Of a stretch of DNA of 64,000 nt, positions 23,391 through 36,993 are shown in pieces (the first letter of the stretch is position 1; each line of letters opens with the position of its first letter). A model generated the notes under the pieces. It was not told the DNA's origin and searched no databases. It saw nothing but the letters and a program-made list of their open reading frames with translations. The translations under genes were made by a program, and so were the position numbers. This DNA is from Sphagnum compactum (Eukaryota): positions 10,974,001 through 11,038,000 of the forward strand of contig OZ234494.1 of assembly GCA_965153455.1 (NCBI GenBank). The letters are read 5' to 3'.

Positions 23391-26300
23391 ACTTTCACAT
23401 TTGGGTTAACTTAGGTTCAACTAGGTAATGTATTATAGGTTAAGCCAGGCTAAATAGCTACTATAACATTTGGCATCATGCAAATTATCCATAAGGTAGT
23501 CACAAACATATTTGCAAAATCAAATTCCACGGAAGCTACATGGGGTTTAGATCATATTCTTGTTCATCCATGGTAGTGGATGAAAAAATGAATTGTAATC
23601 ACAAAGGTTTATGACTACTAATGCATCTTCCATGTCACATGGTGTCTTTTGTGACTACTTATTTGATGGCACTTGTTTTATGGTACTGCAACATTTTGTA
23701 GTCACAAATGTCCATTATGACAAAAATCCAATAGTAAATTGAATTTTAATTTTCTAAAAGTTCAACCTATTAACATGATATACCATCACATGATTTTTCT
23801 TTCAAATTAATCTTCTCAAACACAACCGCCATTTCATTTTTGAAAAAAATTGTACCTTGTATGTATGTTTCATCTTTAATTCTAAATTGAAAGCCAAAAA
23901 TACAAAACTACATTCAATTATGTTGCACATATGATAATTAAATCATTGAAAAGGTTTAAAAACTCACAAAAATGTTTCAAAAGAAACTTTTGTTTCATTA
24001 GTTCATCTTGAATTTCTTTAAAATAGGCACAAGTGTTAATTGTCATTGAAACAAAGTAGGGAATCTCCTGATTTATTACCATATATCACTTGCATAAGAA
24101 TTTTTTGTTCAAATTTTAAATTCCAAGTTGAAATCTAGTTGCATATTAATTGTTTACAATGTCCACACGAATGATCTGGCAAAAAACATGCCCACTAACA
24201 CTTGTTACATTCATAAATCACATGGATCACCACCCCACATGCATCTCAATTCCCATTAGCCAATTATGCTTGAATGAAAAACTTACATTTGGAGTCAAAT
24301 AATGTTGACCAAGAACTTGTGGGAACATGTTGACATGTTTGGGTGTTGACCTTTCTACAACTAAATTAAACATAAATGTAAATTTTGACAATATGGAAAC
24401 CTTGCCATTTGTAATTGTCATAAACTATTTGATTTTGTAACGTGGCAATAATTTTTAATTGGTTACAACCAATGTTGGGTGATTTGCATTTATTTGTGAA
24501 TACTGTCAGCTTTGGTTTAGGAAACATAATTTAAACATCGATTTGGTTCTTTTCAATTCTTTTTCATTAAAAAAAACTAGAAGGGTTTTACCTAATGTTC
24601 TTTGATGTGCACATTACTAAAAATAAATAAATGAATCAAACATTGTATTATAAAATCATAAATCACTGTTGAAATCAAGGTGGTCTAGGAAAATGATAGT
24701 GTGAGATTCTTTGTAGTACCACCCAATCATACATATCCCCAAATGTCAAATGACATTGACCAAACACTTGTGGGAACATGTTGACATGTCTACAATTACA
24801 TTAGAATTAGAAAGGGAATTTTTGGTATGGATTTAATTTGGAATAAAGTAATGTACATCACATGTCAATATCATTTTAATTATTTTAGATATAGAGTTGC
24901 ATGATAGTGTGGTCTTTGCAAACATAATTTCTCCTAGCTACATGCATTGGGATAAGAAGGCCATGCAAAAAATTTAGGATAAAACTATGATAGGTGTTTG
25001 CAAGCTATGTTAGATCCAAAAATGAGTCATTGTTGCATAATTTTCATTTCAATAAAAAATTAAAGTGGTTTATTAAATAATTAAATAAAATTTGTAGTGA
25101 AAATGTATACACTACAAAAGAAAATACTTTTATCACACAAAAAATGCTCATGACATTTGTGTGAGGTAAAGTACGTGGCTTCAGCCATTACCATGTAAAA
25201 TATGTGGAATTTATTGTGACATACAGTTTAAAAAAATTACAATGTAAGATTTAGTAATGGCTCAACCTTTCAAAAGACGGTTCACATTATTACAAATGGC
25301 GTAGTTTCATTCACTTACAGGTAACATTGTCCAAAGCTATTTAAACTAAACTTTGCACCAAACATTAGTTCAACCCTATGCCATAACCATGTGGGCATCA
25401 TTTAGGTCACAACATCAACATCCACAAAGCTTGTACGGAGTTTAAAACATTTGAACTCATAAGTGTAAAATACCATATAGTAGCGTAATAATATCCCTCT
25501 TAAAGAGAAGCTTATAAGAAGATCCTTTCCACCCTTGAGGAGTTGGTGTAATGTGTAATATCCCTCCTTCGTAAAGGGAATATTCATGAATACAAGGGTC
25601 TCTCCAAACACTTAAGGAAATTTCTTAGAAATGCTTGTCTTGTTCTTGACCAAGAGCTTGGTGGAGGTCCTACAGGTGGAGGAGGGCCTATTGGAAGCCA
25701 AGTTCAAAGGGGTGCAGCTAAATGTATCTAACAGATATAGAAGGGTGCTGTGTGTGATTCCTTCATGTGTTAGAACCTAGGTTTGTAGCCAAGCATGGTG
25801 TCCTTGTGCAATTATGGCTTTCTGAACTTGCTCACCAGGTTGGTGCAGAAAAAGATCTTGCAGCTCATGTACATGGATCTGAATCAGTTTTCCAAAGGTT
25901 TGTACCCTGATTTCATTTCTTACAACTAATTTGCTAGCCTTCACATTGTTTTGCCCTTGTCTTTTCTTGCTCACAAGATCCTTCAGATCCTCTTCTCTCT
26001 TCAATGTGGCTCAAGTAAGCAGGGCTTCTAAATATTATGAGTTGTCTCCCTTTCGATGTCTTGTGTTTTGCATTTCAAGAGGTCTTAAAATGGGTCTCCC
26101 ATGCCCTTGATCTTTACCTACTTATGCACTGAACTTGATCTCTTTGTATTTTTTGATTTTCTTTTCTTGGAGTGGATTGCTCCACTCAGTCCTTTCCAGC
26201 TGCTGATTTCTTCAAGGTGTTGATAGCCGAAAAGACATTAAAAGGTAGGCTTGCCCTCCATCTCTTAAGAGCTTGGAGGACATGCAATAGTCAGCCATGA

Positions 26301-27513
26301 AAGAGAAACCATAAAATTCTGCTTCTTTAGGATGCTTGATCATTGCAAGGAGGAATTTTGAATGATTTTCAAAAACAAATTCCATTCACAACATTTTGAA
26401 TATGCTGATGTTGTTTATGGGAAGAGGTTCTTTTGATCACACTAGTTTCTTCAGCTGGCTAATATATTGGGGAATGGGTCAGGACTTGAGGGAGTAGGAT
26501 CTTCTGACAATGAAGGCTGAGGCACCGCAATAAACCTTATTGTCTCTTTAACCTTAAGAGCCTGTTACTCTTTGGGTAGTACCAAGTGTAGCAGAGATAT
26601 GACCATTAATATGTCTTGGCATACATCAATCTTCAACTCGTTGAGAGAATGTTTTTCTTGCAGAACACATCTCTAATTTCAGGCTCTGGAATGAATCTCC
26701 TTTTAGTATCTATGGTACAGAGTCTATGGACACAAGGTAAGGGCAAGCAACTTCATAAACAGGGTCTCTCAATTGGACATGATGTTGGAAAAAATTATGG
26801 GTGGGCCATGATGAATAGACACAGAAATACAAATCTCTGTTTGAGACCAGTTCAGTCCACCTTTTTTTGTTTTCCCTCCCTCTCTCCTTTGCTCTGATCT
26901 TTTCCCTCTCTTGTTCTCACATTCCCCTTGGGAGCATCATCTTTCTCAGGAACCTCTTTGGTATGCGCCTAGCCTAGGCTCCCTCTGCAATTGTCTCCTA
27001 CTATTGTCTCCAAATTCTTAGATCACCATCTATGCTTGTGTGTGAAATTTTGTCACTATTTTTATTATGCCTGAATCCTAATGTACCTTACATTCATTTG
27101 TCCCTCTTACATACTGATCCTCTTGCCCCAATACCCATTTATGTAAGTCAAGCTGATCCACACTCTCAAGCAAAAGAACACATGGCATTGTTTCAGAGTA
27201 TTGAGGCTTCTCAAAAGGTCTAGTACAATGCAGACATGTGGTGATAAAAGTCATATCCAATAGACCGCAGCAATTGCTTGGACACATGAAAATTTTATGA
27301 ACCCAGGAATTATACTATCTGCTAGAATGAGGAGAAAGGATACACAGCGACATACTTGGCAGCTCACAAGAATTAAGAGCAGGACCAAAACTTGATGATA
27401 CTCACACTTGGTAGGCTGGTAGGTTTTGCATAGTTTTAAAAATGCTGCTTCCCTCCTTCAGTGGGAAGTACTTGTGAATTGGCATTCTGAGGGGGTGACT
27501 CTGGCCTGCGGGG

Positions 27514-27795
27514 CAGTGCTTTTTTTTTGGGTCAATTTGGTGATGTAGCCAAAGTGGCAATGATCCAGAGGAAGATTTGGCCAAATTTGGCTACATGCTA
27601 AATATGAAAGCAATAATTTAAAAAATGCTTGTATATTTTTGGCTACCTACTTGAACCATGTATAGAAATCTGGCAAAATTTCTTAAATTTTGATCAAATT
27701 ATGACTACTGAAAATCTAAAAAAGCACTTGATTTTTAGCACTTAAAATTTTTTATACAGATTTTTGGCTATAAATAGCTAGGCAAAAAGAAAGGC
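27514..27795. mobile_element. hAT-family MITE remnant immediately upstream of the BolA ORF
   Basis: Starts CAGTGCTTTTTTTT and carries GATGTAGCC and TTTGGCTA subterminal motifs like the other hAT MITEs. Right end and TSD are unclear. Confidence 0.5.
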
Positions 27796-27932
27796 CACAA
27801 TATTATTTGCATCTCTGGCTTTCTTTTCAAAGTTCCAAACTTCATTACTTACAAATGTGTAAGTGAATTTGGTGGGTGTCAGCAATAAGAGACAACCCAT
27901 GCGAGCAGCAGCGATTACAGCAACAACACTCG

Positions 27933-28304
27933 ATGTATGATGATGACCCGCTGCTGCTGCTGCCGCCCAATATTGAGTCGACGAAGATGAAGATCCTGAA
28001 AAAGCTCTCGGCAGCCCTGGCACCAGTGCATCTGCAAGTTGAGAATGTGTGGTTCCAGCAGCAGCAGGAGGAGCAGGAGCAGAAGAAGCAGCAGGAGGGC
28101 TACACTGATGAGATGTCCACAGACTGTTGTGAGACCCATTTTAACGTGAACGTGGTGTCAGAGGAGTTTGAAGGCCGGAGCCTCTTGAAGCGTCACAGGC
28201 TGGTGTACGCAGTTTTGGCAGACGAGCTTCAGACTGGTGGGATCCATGCCCTCTCCCTTGTTACTAAAACACCATCCGAAGTAGCCAACAACAACCAGGA
28301 ATAA
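27933..28304 (+). CDS. BolA-family protein (BolA1/SUFE1-BolA-like) with an atypical loop; may be the last exon of a longer gene
   Basis: Motifs KILKKLSAALAPVHLQVENV, ETHFNVNVVSEEFEGRSLLKRHRLVY and GIHALSLVTKTP. First ATG at 27933; the frame stays open upstream to a possible acceptor GTGTCAG ending at 27882. Confidence 0.85.
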   Translation: MYDDDPLLLLPPNIESTKMKILKKLSAALAPVHLQVENVWFQQQQEEQEQKKQQEGYTDEMSTDCCETHFNVNVVSEEFEGRSLLKRHRLVYAVLADELQTGGIHALSLVTKTPSEVANNNQE

Positions 28305-28384
28305 AATTTTGTTTCCTAAGTCCAAAGATCTCCCCCATCCAGGTTTTTTTTTTTTTTTTTTTCCTTTTTTCTGGGGGTTTTTTC

Positions 28385-28868
28385 CCCCTCTATGTAGTGC
28401 CTATAGTGATTACCCAAAAAAAGATTTAACATTAATTGGTGACATTTTAAAAAGCAGATTTCCAACTGTTCAAAACTGGGGAAAAACTGTCCCAAGAATA
28501 AATCTGTGTCAAAATGTGGCAAAATTTTCTCCAAAATTGCTTGTTCAAAGTTGGTGAAACTTTTGTTTCCTTCAATTTTCAAAACCTAAGGAGCTCGCCT
28601 AATTTTTAAAATTATTATTATTATTATTAGTATTCGTTTTTTTCCCTCCTACCTATGTAGCCTAGCACACTATAATTTTCATCCGAAAAAAAGATTTAGC
28701 ATTAATTGGTCACATGTTTTAAAATAATTTTCCAACTGTTCAAAACTGGGGAAAAACTGTCCCAAAAATAAATCTGTGTCAAAATGTGGCAAAAGTTTCT
28801 CCAAAAATGCTTATTCTTCAAAACTTGGTGAAACTTTGTTTCCTTCAATTTTCAAAGCCCAAAGAGCT
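28385..28868. repeat. Tandem pair (about 270-bp period) of a dispersed repeat downstream of BolA; inverted third copy at about 50680-50808
   Basis: AAAAAGATTTA(A/G)CATTAATTGGT..TTTCCAACTGTTCAAAACTGGGGAAAAACTGTCCCAA..AAATCTGTGTCAAAATGTGGCAAA occurs twice, with a reverse-complement match near 50720-50807. Confidence 0.85.
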
Positions 28869-31800
28869 TTGCATCCTCTTTTTTTTCTTTTTCTTTTGTT
28901 TTTCCCCCAATTTAGCATGTTCTTGGGTGGTTATCAGGTTCCTTGACCATCTATGTTAAATTTTGAAAATGAAAGTTCCATAATTAGAACTGGAACCAGT
29001 CTTAGAATCAGAACCAAAACTAGAACCAGGAACTAGCCTCGGACTAGAACCAAAACCAGTTTTACCATGCTTCCAGTGTATGTGCTGGTTCACCCAAGGC
29101 CAGTGGGGCAACCAGAATGTAAAACTTTGAATATCTATAAACGATCTCTATATCTGGAGTCAGTTTGTTTTTGAAAGCTGGCACATACATATTTATCAAA
29201 TGAACAAAACTAAATTATAATGCGTAACCTTAATCACAAAAAAAATGGTATGTTGTTGGCACTGGCCCTGAAGTCTAAAATATCATAACCCAAAAACAAT
29301 GGTTACAACTCACTGTTACTTTGCAAGTGGTTTGCGTTCAATTCATCACTACATCCCAATGGTACATCATTAGGCTGCCAATGGTACCTCTCATGGTGCC
29401 TCCCTTTTAGTGGTTGTTATCTGTTACCACTGAGGAAAGGAGGTAATAGTCTTTGAGGATCAAGAGTCACTAAATCACTCTAAATTGGAAACTATTTTTT
29501 TCATTTTTCAATGTGTAATTGACTAATTAAGACTCCTCTCTTTTACCTCATATTTTCTAGTTTGGAGGTCTTTTTGGTGTTTTTTTCCCCTCTTATTTTG
29601 TGCTCTTTTGCTTGAATAAAGTCTATTTATTCAGCTCATGTAAGAAAAGAATGTTCTGAGAATGTCATTTTGGTGTTTTTTTCTAAGAGAGAAATTGGAA
29701 AAACGTTCGCAAGCATCATGGAGATTGTCATCAACATTGCTAACAAACTCAAATTGAGGGATATTGCTAACAACAAGAAGTAGTGGATAAAGGACTTGAG
29801 CGTTGACAACAAAAATTTCCTCAATCAGTAACATTATCACATATCCACCCTTGTAGAACCTCATGAACTTTCTTTTTTTTAAATTGGTCTCAACTAGTAT
29901 TGGTTCGGCTTTCTTTTCTTTTCTTTTAACAAGTGTGGAAAGGTTTTTTTTGGGCACCACACATTGTACCTATTCTTTTCAAAATTTTCAAAACTTCATG
30001 TTATCAATTTCCCATCCAAAGTAATACACACAATTACCAATTACATTGGTTATTTATAATTTTTGTGCATAAAGATTGTTTCTCAAATGCTTGGCTTGTA
30101 TATTGCCTAAGTAGGGAAGGTTTAAAAGTTTAGAGTTTTCTCGAAAATACCAATTAATAGTTTGAATATTAAATTTATGCACAAAATCTCCATACTACCA
30201 ATAAGCAACACAAAGTGTTCACACTTATGGGCCAACAAACACTATGAACCAATGGTCTCATATTGACAATAGCGAAGTAAATCAAGAAAAGATAATCAAA
30301 GCTCTTATGAAGAAATGACAAATTTGTGAGTTCTTAAATCACCACCTAACTCCTCAAGGAATGTGAATGTGTAACCCTACAACCCTATGTGACATGAAAT
30401 TAGGTGGTGTGTGAATGGGGCATATTACGGATGATAACTTAACTAGGATGATTTTTTGCAACTAATGAAAAGCAAGGAAAGTGCCAAAACAGTCAGCAAT
30501 TGATGGATTAGTTTGAAAGGAAAAAGAGATAAACATCTCGAAAGTTCCTCTATGTTTTTTTTGTTTTGTTTGCTTGCAAGTAAATTTTGGCGATTAAATA
30601 CTTACAAGGTTTACTAATTTTTTGGATGGTTGTAAGTTATGTAGAGACTCCATGATTGGTGATGGTTAACACATTTTTTTTATGCAAATCAATGGAAGGT
30701 CAATGAGTCGACTAAAAGGTCAAGGAAGTTTATGGTGGAAGATGGAAGCATGGCTTACAACTAGAAGATAAGTACGGGTTTATTTTGCTTGATGTGTAGG
30801 CATTTTTAAAGGAAAAATTCTGAAGTAAAAGTGGCAAATTTTCGTGGGCAATTCATGGAGAAAAATGTTCCAAACTGGGACTTGGTTTTTGAGGGGGGCT
30901 TTTTTTTTATTTTTTTTGAATGTACCAAGTTTAATGGCAGGAGATCAAGGAAGTCTAGTTGGACATAGATTAAGGATTATGTGTGGAAGTGATGAAAAAT
31001 ACAAGGAATCATAGAATTGGTCTATGGATGCATCAAAATTCCGGGAGTTTCCTATGCCTATGAGAAACTCTATCTTGTGAAGATGTGTGGGTTGTTGGGA
31101 GTTTGGTTAGGGGTTGGATGAATACTTATCTATTAGGGAGCTCTAAGTGCATATTATTTCATGAACTTTTTGGGTTATATGTTGTTGTAGTTTGACGATT
31201 CAACTAGTGGCAAATATTTCAATTTCTAGAATTGTGGGTTGTGATGTTCAAAAAACAAGTTGGCGGGACAAGATGGGAATATCCTTAGGTTGAAAATGTG
31301 TTCATGTGTTGATGATGCCCAGAAATGATCATGGTAACTCATGAGAGGATCCAAAGGAATCTAATCCACATAGAGTCCATAGATTAGACATAGCAATTAC
31401 CTTTATGTGGTGAATTGCATTCTGATTAGTAAGGATTTGTGTTGATACCTACATTTCTGGTTGTGTGATTGGAAGTTAGCAACTATTAAAATTTGAAAAT
31501 TGAATGTTTGATCCATAAAACTCTTCTTGATTCTTTAGTTGCTACCTACCAACTAGGTGAATTCTTAAACTAGTTTTCACAAGATTTGAAAATTGGCAAG
31601 TACATTATAAATAACCTTACTAATTGGCAAGTACATAATAACCAAGTTATTTTTCAATAACCAACCAACACTAATATCAATTTAAACACAATACAAAGGA
31701 ATTTTAAAACATACACACTCATCATGTGTTCTATTTCTTGGCAATGCAAAACAAATGCCTTTCACAACCTATCTTACAACTTTCTAATCCTTTTCACATC

Positions 31801-33533
31801 CCTGTAAGGTAAACTGGCCGGTCATAGTACACTTAAAACACAAAGGAAATTTGTGATTTTAATAGACCTTAGTTGCATCTAGGGTCCAAAGATGAATTAT
31901 AGAGGAGCTCTGGGCTCACCTAGTGCACTTTAAATTGTTGGATTTGGACTACAAATGTAAAATATATAGCCTTTGGAAGTTTTCAATCTCATTGTCCCAA
32001 AAAAAAAGTCACCAAACATTTTTCTATCTATGTTCAAACAATGGAAATCCTATCAACGTATATCCTTGCTTTGACACATGTCACAAATCCACCCTATTAT
32101 CAAACAATTTGATGCTCAAATTAATCATGTTCATTGAAAAAGCTAAACACTTTGATTCAAGGGTTGAGATCAAAACCCTATAAATTGGCAAAACAGTGTT
32201 TGGTCGTCAAACCCTAAAGGTTTGATAAACCCTAAATTAGCCACCACTCTCCCACGTGGCACCAACCTAGAAACCCCCTACCTTTTCCCCCTTCCATCTC
32301 CTTTCCCTACATCAACAACCTATGAACGTATTTCCCATCACCAACCTAGTTTCTCCTTTCCTTTTCGTCTCCTTTTTGTGCATGGGTCGGGTTCTTTCTA
32401 ACCTATCCCACTCCCCCTTTCATCTCCTCTCTGTGCACGAGTTGAGTTTTCCTCAACTCAATTCCCACTCCCTTCTCCAATTTCTCTGTAGTCCACGAAT
32501 GTCCTGCATGTATGGCAATTCACAACATGAAGCTCTAACGTGACTATCTTGCAAGTATGGCAAGTCCCAATGTGAAGCCCAGATATTGAAAAGAGCTTGA
32601 ACCTCCTTAGTTCAAACTTCTTGCTCCAATTTTACTACAAGCAAAAAAAAGGGCAACCTGATGAAAACTTTGGGATTGTTTTATGGTTCTTGCATTATGA
32701 TGTCCTTCTACTAATTAGGAGATGAGTGAGGTGGAGCGAAATGAAAGCACATTGTACCAGCAAACAACTTTGTCAAATCTTTTGCATTTGTAATTGTGAA
32801 ATTTATGCTTTCTAATAAGTAATTTAGCAGTGGATGATTTTCATTTTTCATCTAGTTTTTCCCATTTCTTGATCAAAAAGTGCACAATTGTTGATCTAAT
32901 CTACTAATGTCTGCAGTAAGAAATTTATAAGACAATCATTTTTATATGGAGAATTGCATTAAGCTTTGGATCACATCTAAAGTTACAAGATCACTAAAGA
33001 TCTTTCATTCTTAACATCACCAAAAAACACCATTCATCATTAACAATAGCTACTACTCCTCTTAATTGTTCCACCCCACCAACAGCTCCTCCTCCTCCTC
33101 ATTGTTCCACCTTAACAACAACTGTTCCTTTTAACTTCTTGTTCATCTTTAATTACATCTGCTCTTTTTCTTAACTATTCCACCCCATTAGTAGTTGTTC
33201 CGCCTCTTAGTTATTGCACCCTAGTAGCTCAATCGTCTATTTATGGTTGTTGCAAATGTGTTGCAAATTCCCTTTTGGCTCACATTTGAACCAAGGCTCG
33301 CTATTGAACCTATTTTTGCACCTATGTTATTTCACCAAGATTCACACCCCTATATCCAAGAGGGTGAGCTCACAAACATGCTTTGAAATTATAATGAAAT
33401 CTATTTCTTGCCTCTTTAACTATTGAGGATGACCAAGTTGTAATGAAATTGGTTCATTGTTGTTTTATAAGTCCTCTTTCAACGAGTCTTTTAGTCACAA
33501 TCAACATTGTAAGTGTTTTTCTTGCTTGTTTTT

Positions 33534-34523
33534 CACTACTAGGAAAAGTGGCTTTTTTGACTGGCAAATTTAGTTAAAAACTACCCAATTTGAATAGGGG
33601 TCAAAAAGACCACTCTATCATTTTGGACAAGTCATTTCGATCTATCCATTGTGACTGGGGTGGTTTTTTTTATTAACAAAGTATGGACCATTTGATTGGT
33701 CATTTTGATTTATCAAACTTCTACCCATATCAAAAACAATTGTGGCAGGTAGGTAGGTAGGTAGGTAGGTAGGTCATAAAAAAGCAAGCAAGTAGGTAGG
33801 TTGGAAAAAGGTAGGCAAGTAGGTAGGTAGGTCATAAGAACGCAAGTAGGTAGGTGGTACCCTACCCTACCCTACCCTAGTATATCCTACTTAACCTACC
33901 CTACCTACCTTAGCATGTACATAAGTTATAATGTTAAGAATTGAACCTTTGACTTCCCCAATGGTAAGCCAAGTCCTTAACCAATGGACCACACCATCAA
34001 AAGGTATTCAACTTTTGTCAATTTTTTTATTTCACATGTTTATTTCAACACATCATTACAAGACTATGAGGTATAAAGGTAGATAGGTTGTAAGAAATAG
34101 GTGGGTGGGTGGGTAAATAGGTAGGTAGGTGGGTGGGTGGGTGGGTTGGTAGGTAGGTATTACATCTAGGTAGGTGGGTGGGCTGGTAGATAGGTAATAC
34201 ATTTAAATAGGTGAGTGGGTTGGTAGGTAGGTAAATAGGTAGGAGGTAGGTATGTAATAGGCATAAGATGTCCCATTTAACTCGAGGACATTGGTCATTT
34301 TAACTAATGATGTCAATTTTTTATGTTCAATTTAACTAAATGTCCCATTTGATAAAAACCCATTGGCCATTTTGACTAAAGTTGTTTAACTTGACTAGAT
34401 GTATTAGTCAAATAAATCACTCTAATCAAATTGATTGGTCAAGAAAACATGTTTTAGGCCTATAGTCAAAATGGACCAATTAGTCAACTTGAACTATTTG
34501 AAAACCCATTTTTTCTAATAGTG
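33534..34523. mobile_element. Non-autonomous CACTA element (990 bp) with (GGTA/GGTG)n tracts and a tRNA-like module
   Basis: TIRs CACTACTAGGAAAAGTGG / CCATTTTTTCTAATAGTG. TTGAC/GTCAA subterminal repeats at both ends. Flanks TTT / TGT (degenerate 3-bp TSD). Confidence 0.8.
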
Positions 34524-35039
34524 TGTTTTGTTTCTCTCTCCTTCTATTTTTTTTTATCTACTTTGCTGCCTCCCTATCCATTGCCTTTTGTCACATATCC
34601 TCAATTATTATTTTGAAGTTACAACATGGCCTTGAGAATAATCCACTAATGGGACTCTTCCAATGGTCTCTCATGCAAGTAGATGTGGTAATGACATCAA
34701 ACTATGACCATGTGCCAATGCCACTTGAATTGAACTTTTAGGATTTTTGAACGCTACAATTTCATCCAATGAAGGTTGTGCCAAATTTTCAACCATGTTT
34801 TCTAACTCTATTACAGATGCATGGTTAATGAGTATAAAAATTCTAAGCATGTTCACATAATACCTAGGTTGATCTTCAAGTAGATTAGCAATTGGAGCTG
34901 TTGTTGAGCCTATGTTGATGAGCTCTTCTACAACTATAAATTTTTTCTAATCTTGTTCACCATCCTCTTGCTTTGATTTTTTTTCTTCCCTGGCCTGATT
35001 TTGCAATGTGTATAAAGTACTAGGGCCAATTTTTTAATC

Positions 35040-36170
35040 CATGGCCCTAGGGTTAAGTTGTCAGATCCCTATACCTTTGAACCCTAACATGATATTTTTT
35101 CTTGTTAGTGTTAGGTCTAAGGCTTTGTCTACCCACCTTGCCAATGTTATCTTATTTAGTAATTGTGTGTAATTCCTCTTAACCATTGTTGTGTGTCTTT
35201 CCTTTCTGAAAGCAATCTTGAAAGGCTTGAAGCAAGCCACATCCAAGGACTAAAGTGCATGAAATGTATGTGAAGGTAGAGTAATCATATCTAACCCAAA
35301 CTCTTTAGCATGTTCAATTGCCTCAAAGATGACATGGGATCCATGCCCATCCAAGATGAGCATATGCCTATTGTTAAAGATATTCCACTTGGTATAGACC
35401 TTTTGAAAAAAAATAAAACTCTTTGAAATGGAAGGTAGTCATCCATGCTTTTGATTGCATAGTCATAAAAATTCCTAGTTTGCATAATTATATGTAGTCG
35501 TCATGTATCTTCTTTCCTCTAAAAATGTAAAACCATGGCAATGTTATTCGTGCTACATTGACCACATGATTAATAATCAACCACTTTCTAGATTTCAAAA
35601 TGTTGTTGTACACCTAGTGGGAACCTCGTTTTGCAAAAACCCTTGCTCCTTATTATATTCCTATTTGAATGCCTATTTCATCAAAATTCCAAATATGGTT
35701 TATAACATAAGTATGTTCGTTGTAACTTGGGACTATAAGTTTTGGTAGAAACTTTGGCAAGATTGAATTATTAACCCTTGTGTTTGCTTAATATCCAATC
35801 CTTGAGCTTGATGAATGTTGAGCTCAGGATGTCTCCTCTTGAACCAATACCACCAAGAGGTCCTTGGTACCCCTCTTCAAAAGGTGTTGGCCTTGTTGTA
35901 GTCAGTTCTTCCATTTTCATTTTTAATTGTTGTAGGCTAATTGATAGCCCAACTTCCTACATTGACAAAACCCAAGCAACCACAACATGATCTTCTTTTA
36001 TTGTTAGCGCCTGTTGGTCCAAGTTTTTTAAATCTTGTTTTCCCATACAAATGATCAAACAATGAAGTAAAAGGTATGTTCCACTGCCTACTTGACTTCC
36101 TCAATGAAGTTGTCCCATTTTCAATTGCATCCATGGCCTCCTCCAATGCTTCATTAGTCCATTTGCCTCT
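35040..36170 (-). pseudogene. pogo/Tc1-mariner (HTH_psq + CENP-B + DDE_1) transposase relic
   Basis: WTNEALEEAMDAIENGTTSLRKSSRQWNIP..LFDH (psq helix-turn-helix), LILDGHGSHV, ITLPSHTFHAL*SLDVACFKPFK. Multiple stops and frameshifts. Confidence 0.85.
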
Positions 36171-36993
36171 AATGATTACAGGACTGCACCCATTAACTTT
36201 TCTTTATTTTCTTACTGGGTTTGTCCAAAAGATGGTGGGACATTCTCCTTGTCTTGGGTTGGTTTGTCTTGTAATCCATTTCACTTCCTACGAAGGACAT
36301 TGATCATCATGATTTAGATCCCCTTGGTCCCAACCTCCAACACATTGGGGGTGTGTTATCTGGCCTTACAAGAGGTACAAACTTGATTTTTTTGTATTTT
36401 TCCCAACTATCAAGGAAGTATGACAAGTTAGGGTATGTTTGAAATGCATATATCTCTAGTTGTTGGGAAGAAGTTAATAATGCATAGAATTGTTCAAAGT
36501 CATCCCAAACTAAAATCTAGTCTATTGTTTTGGTACATGTGGTGGGAGGTACAACAAACTATAATTTCTTGGAATTGGATAAATATGCCTCTCTTATGAC
36601 TAATTAGATTGTATTTTCGAATTGTAGAACTTTTCACCCAACAATAATATAAATTTCTTGAACTTTTGGTTGTAAAGTTAATCTATTGCAAGTTTTCTTC
36701 GTTGTCCCTATACATCCACCCCTAAATCTTTTTTGGTTACTCTACTATTTAGATTTTGTTAATCTACCTCTAGTTCTTATAGCTCTTTTTTGGCTACTCT
36801 AAAATGCCCTCCTTGTTCCAATTAATATGCTAAAATTTCTGTTTCATTTTTAGAACTTTTTATGACTCCTATGTTACTTTCCTTTTGTTGGTTTAGCCCA
36901 TATGCTCTCAAAATGTTGATGAAAGATTTCAGACTATCTAAAATAATTTGGAAGCTTTAACATGCTAAAAGAATTTTGTTTGTGAATCCAAAT

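Noticed and set aside
32170..32275. AAACCCTA repeats as an interstitial telomere
   Set aside because: Only scattered single units, more consistent with TE subterminal or telo-box motifs.
33932..33998. Functional tRNA gene
   Set aside because: The acceptor and anticodon stems do not pair properly and it sits inside a TE. Kept only as a tRNA-derived module.
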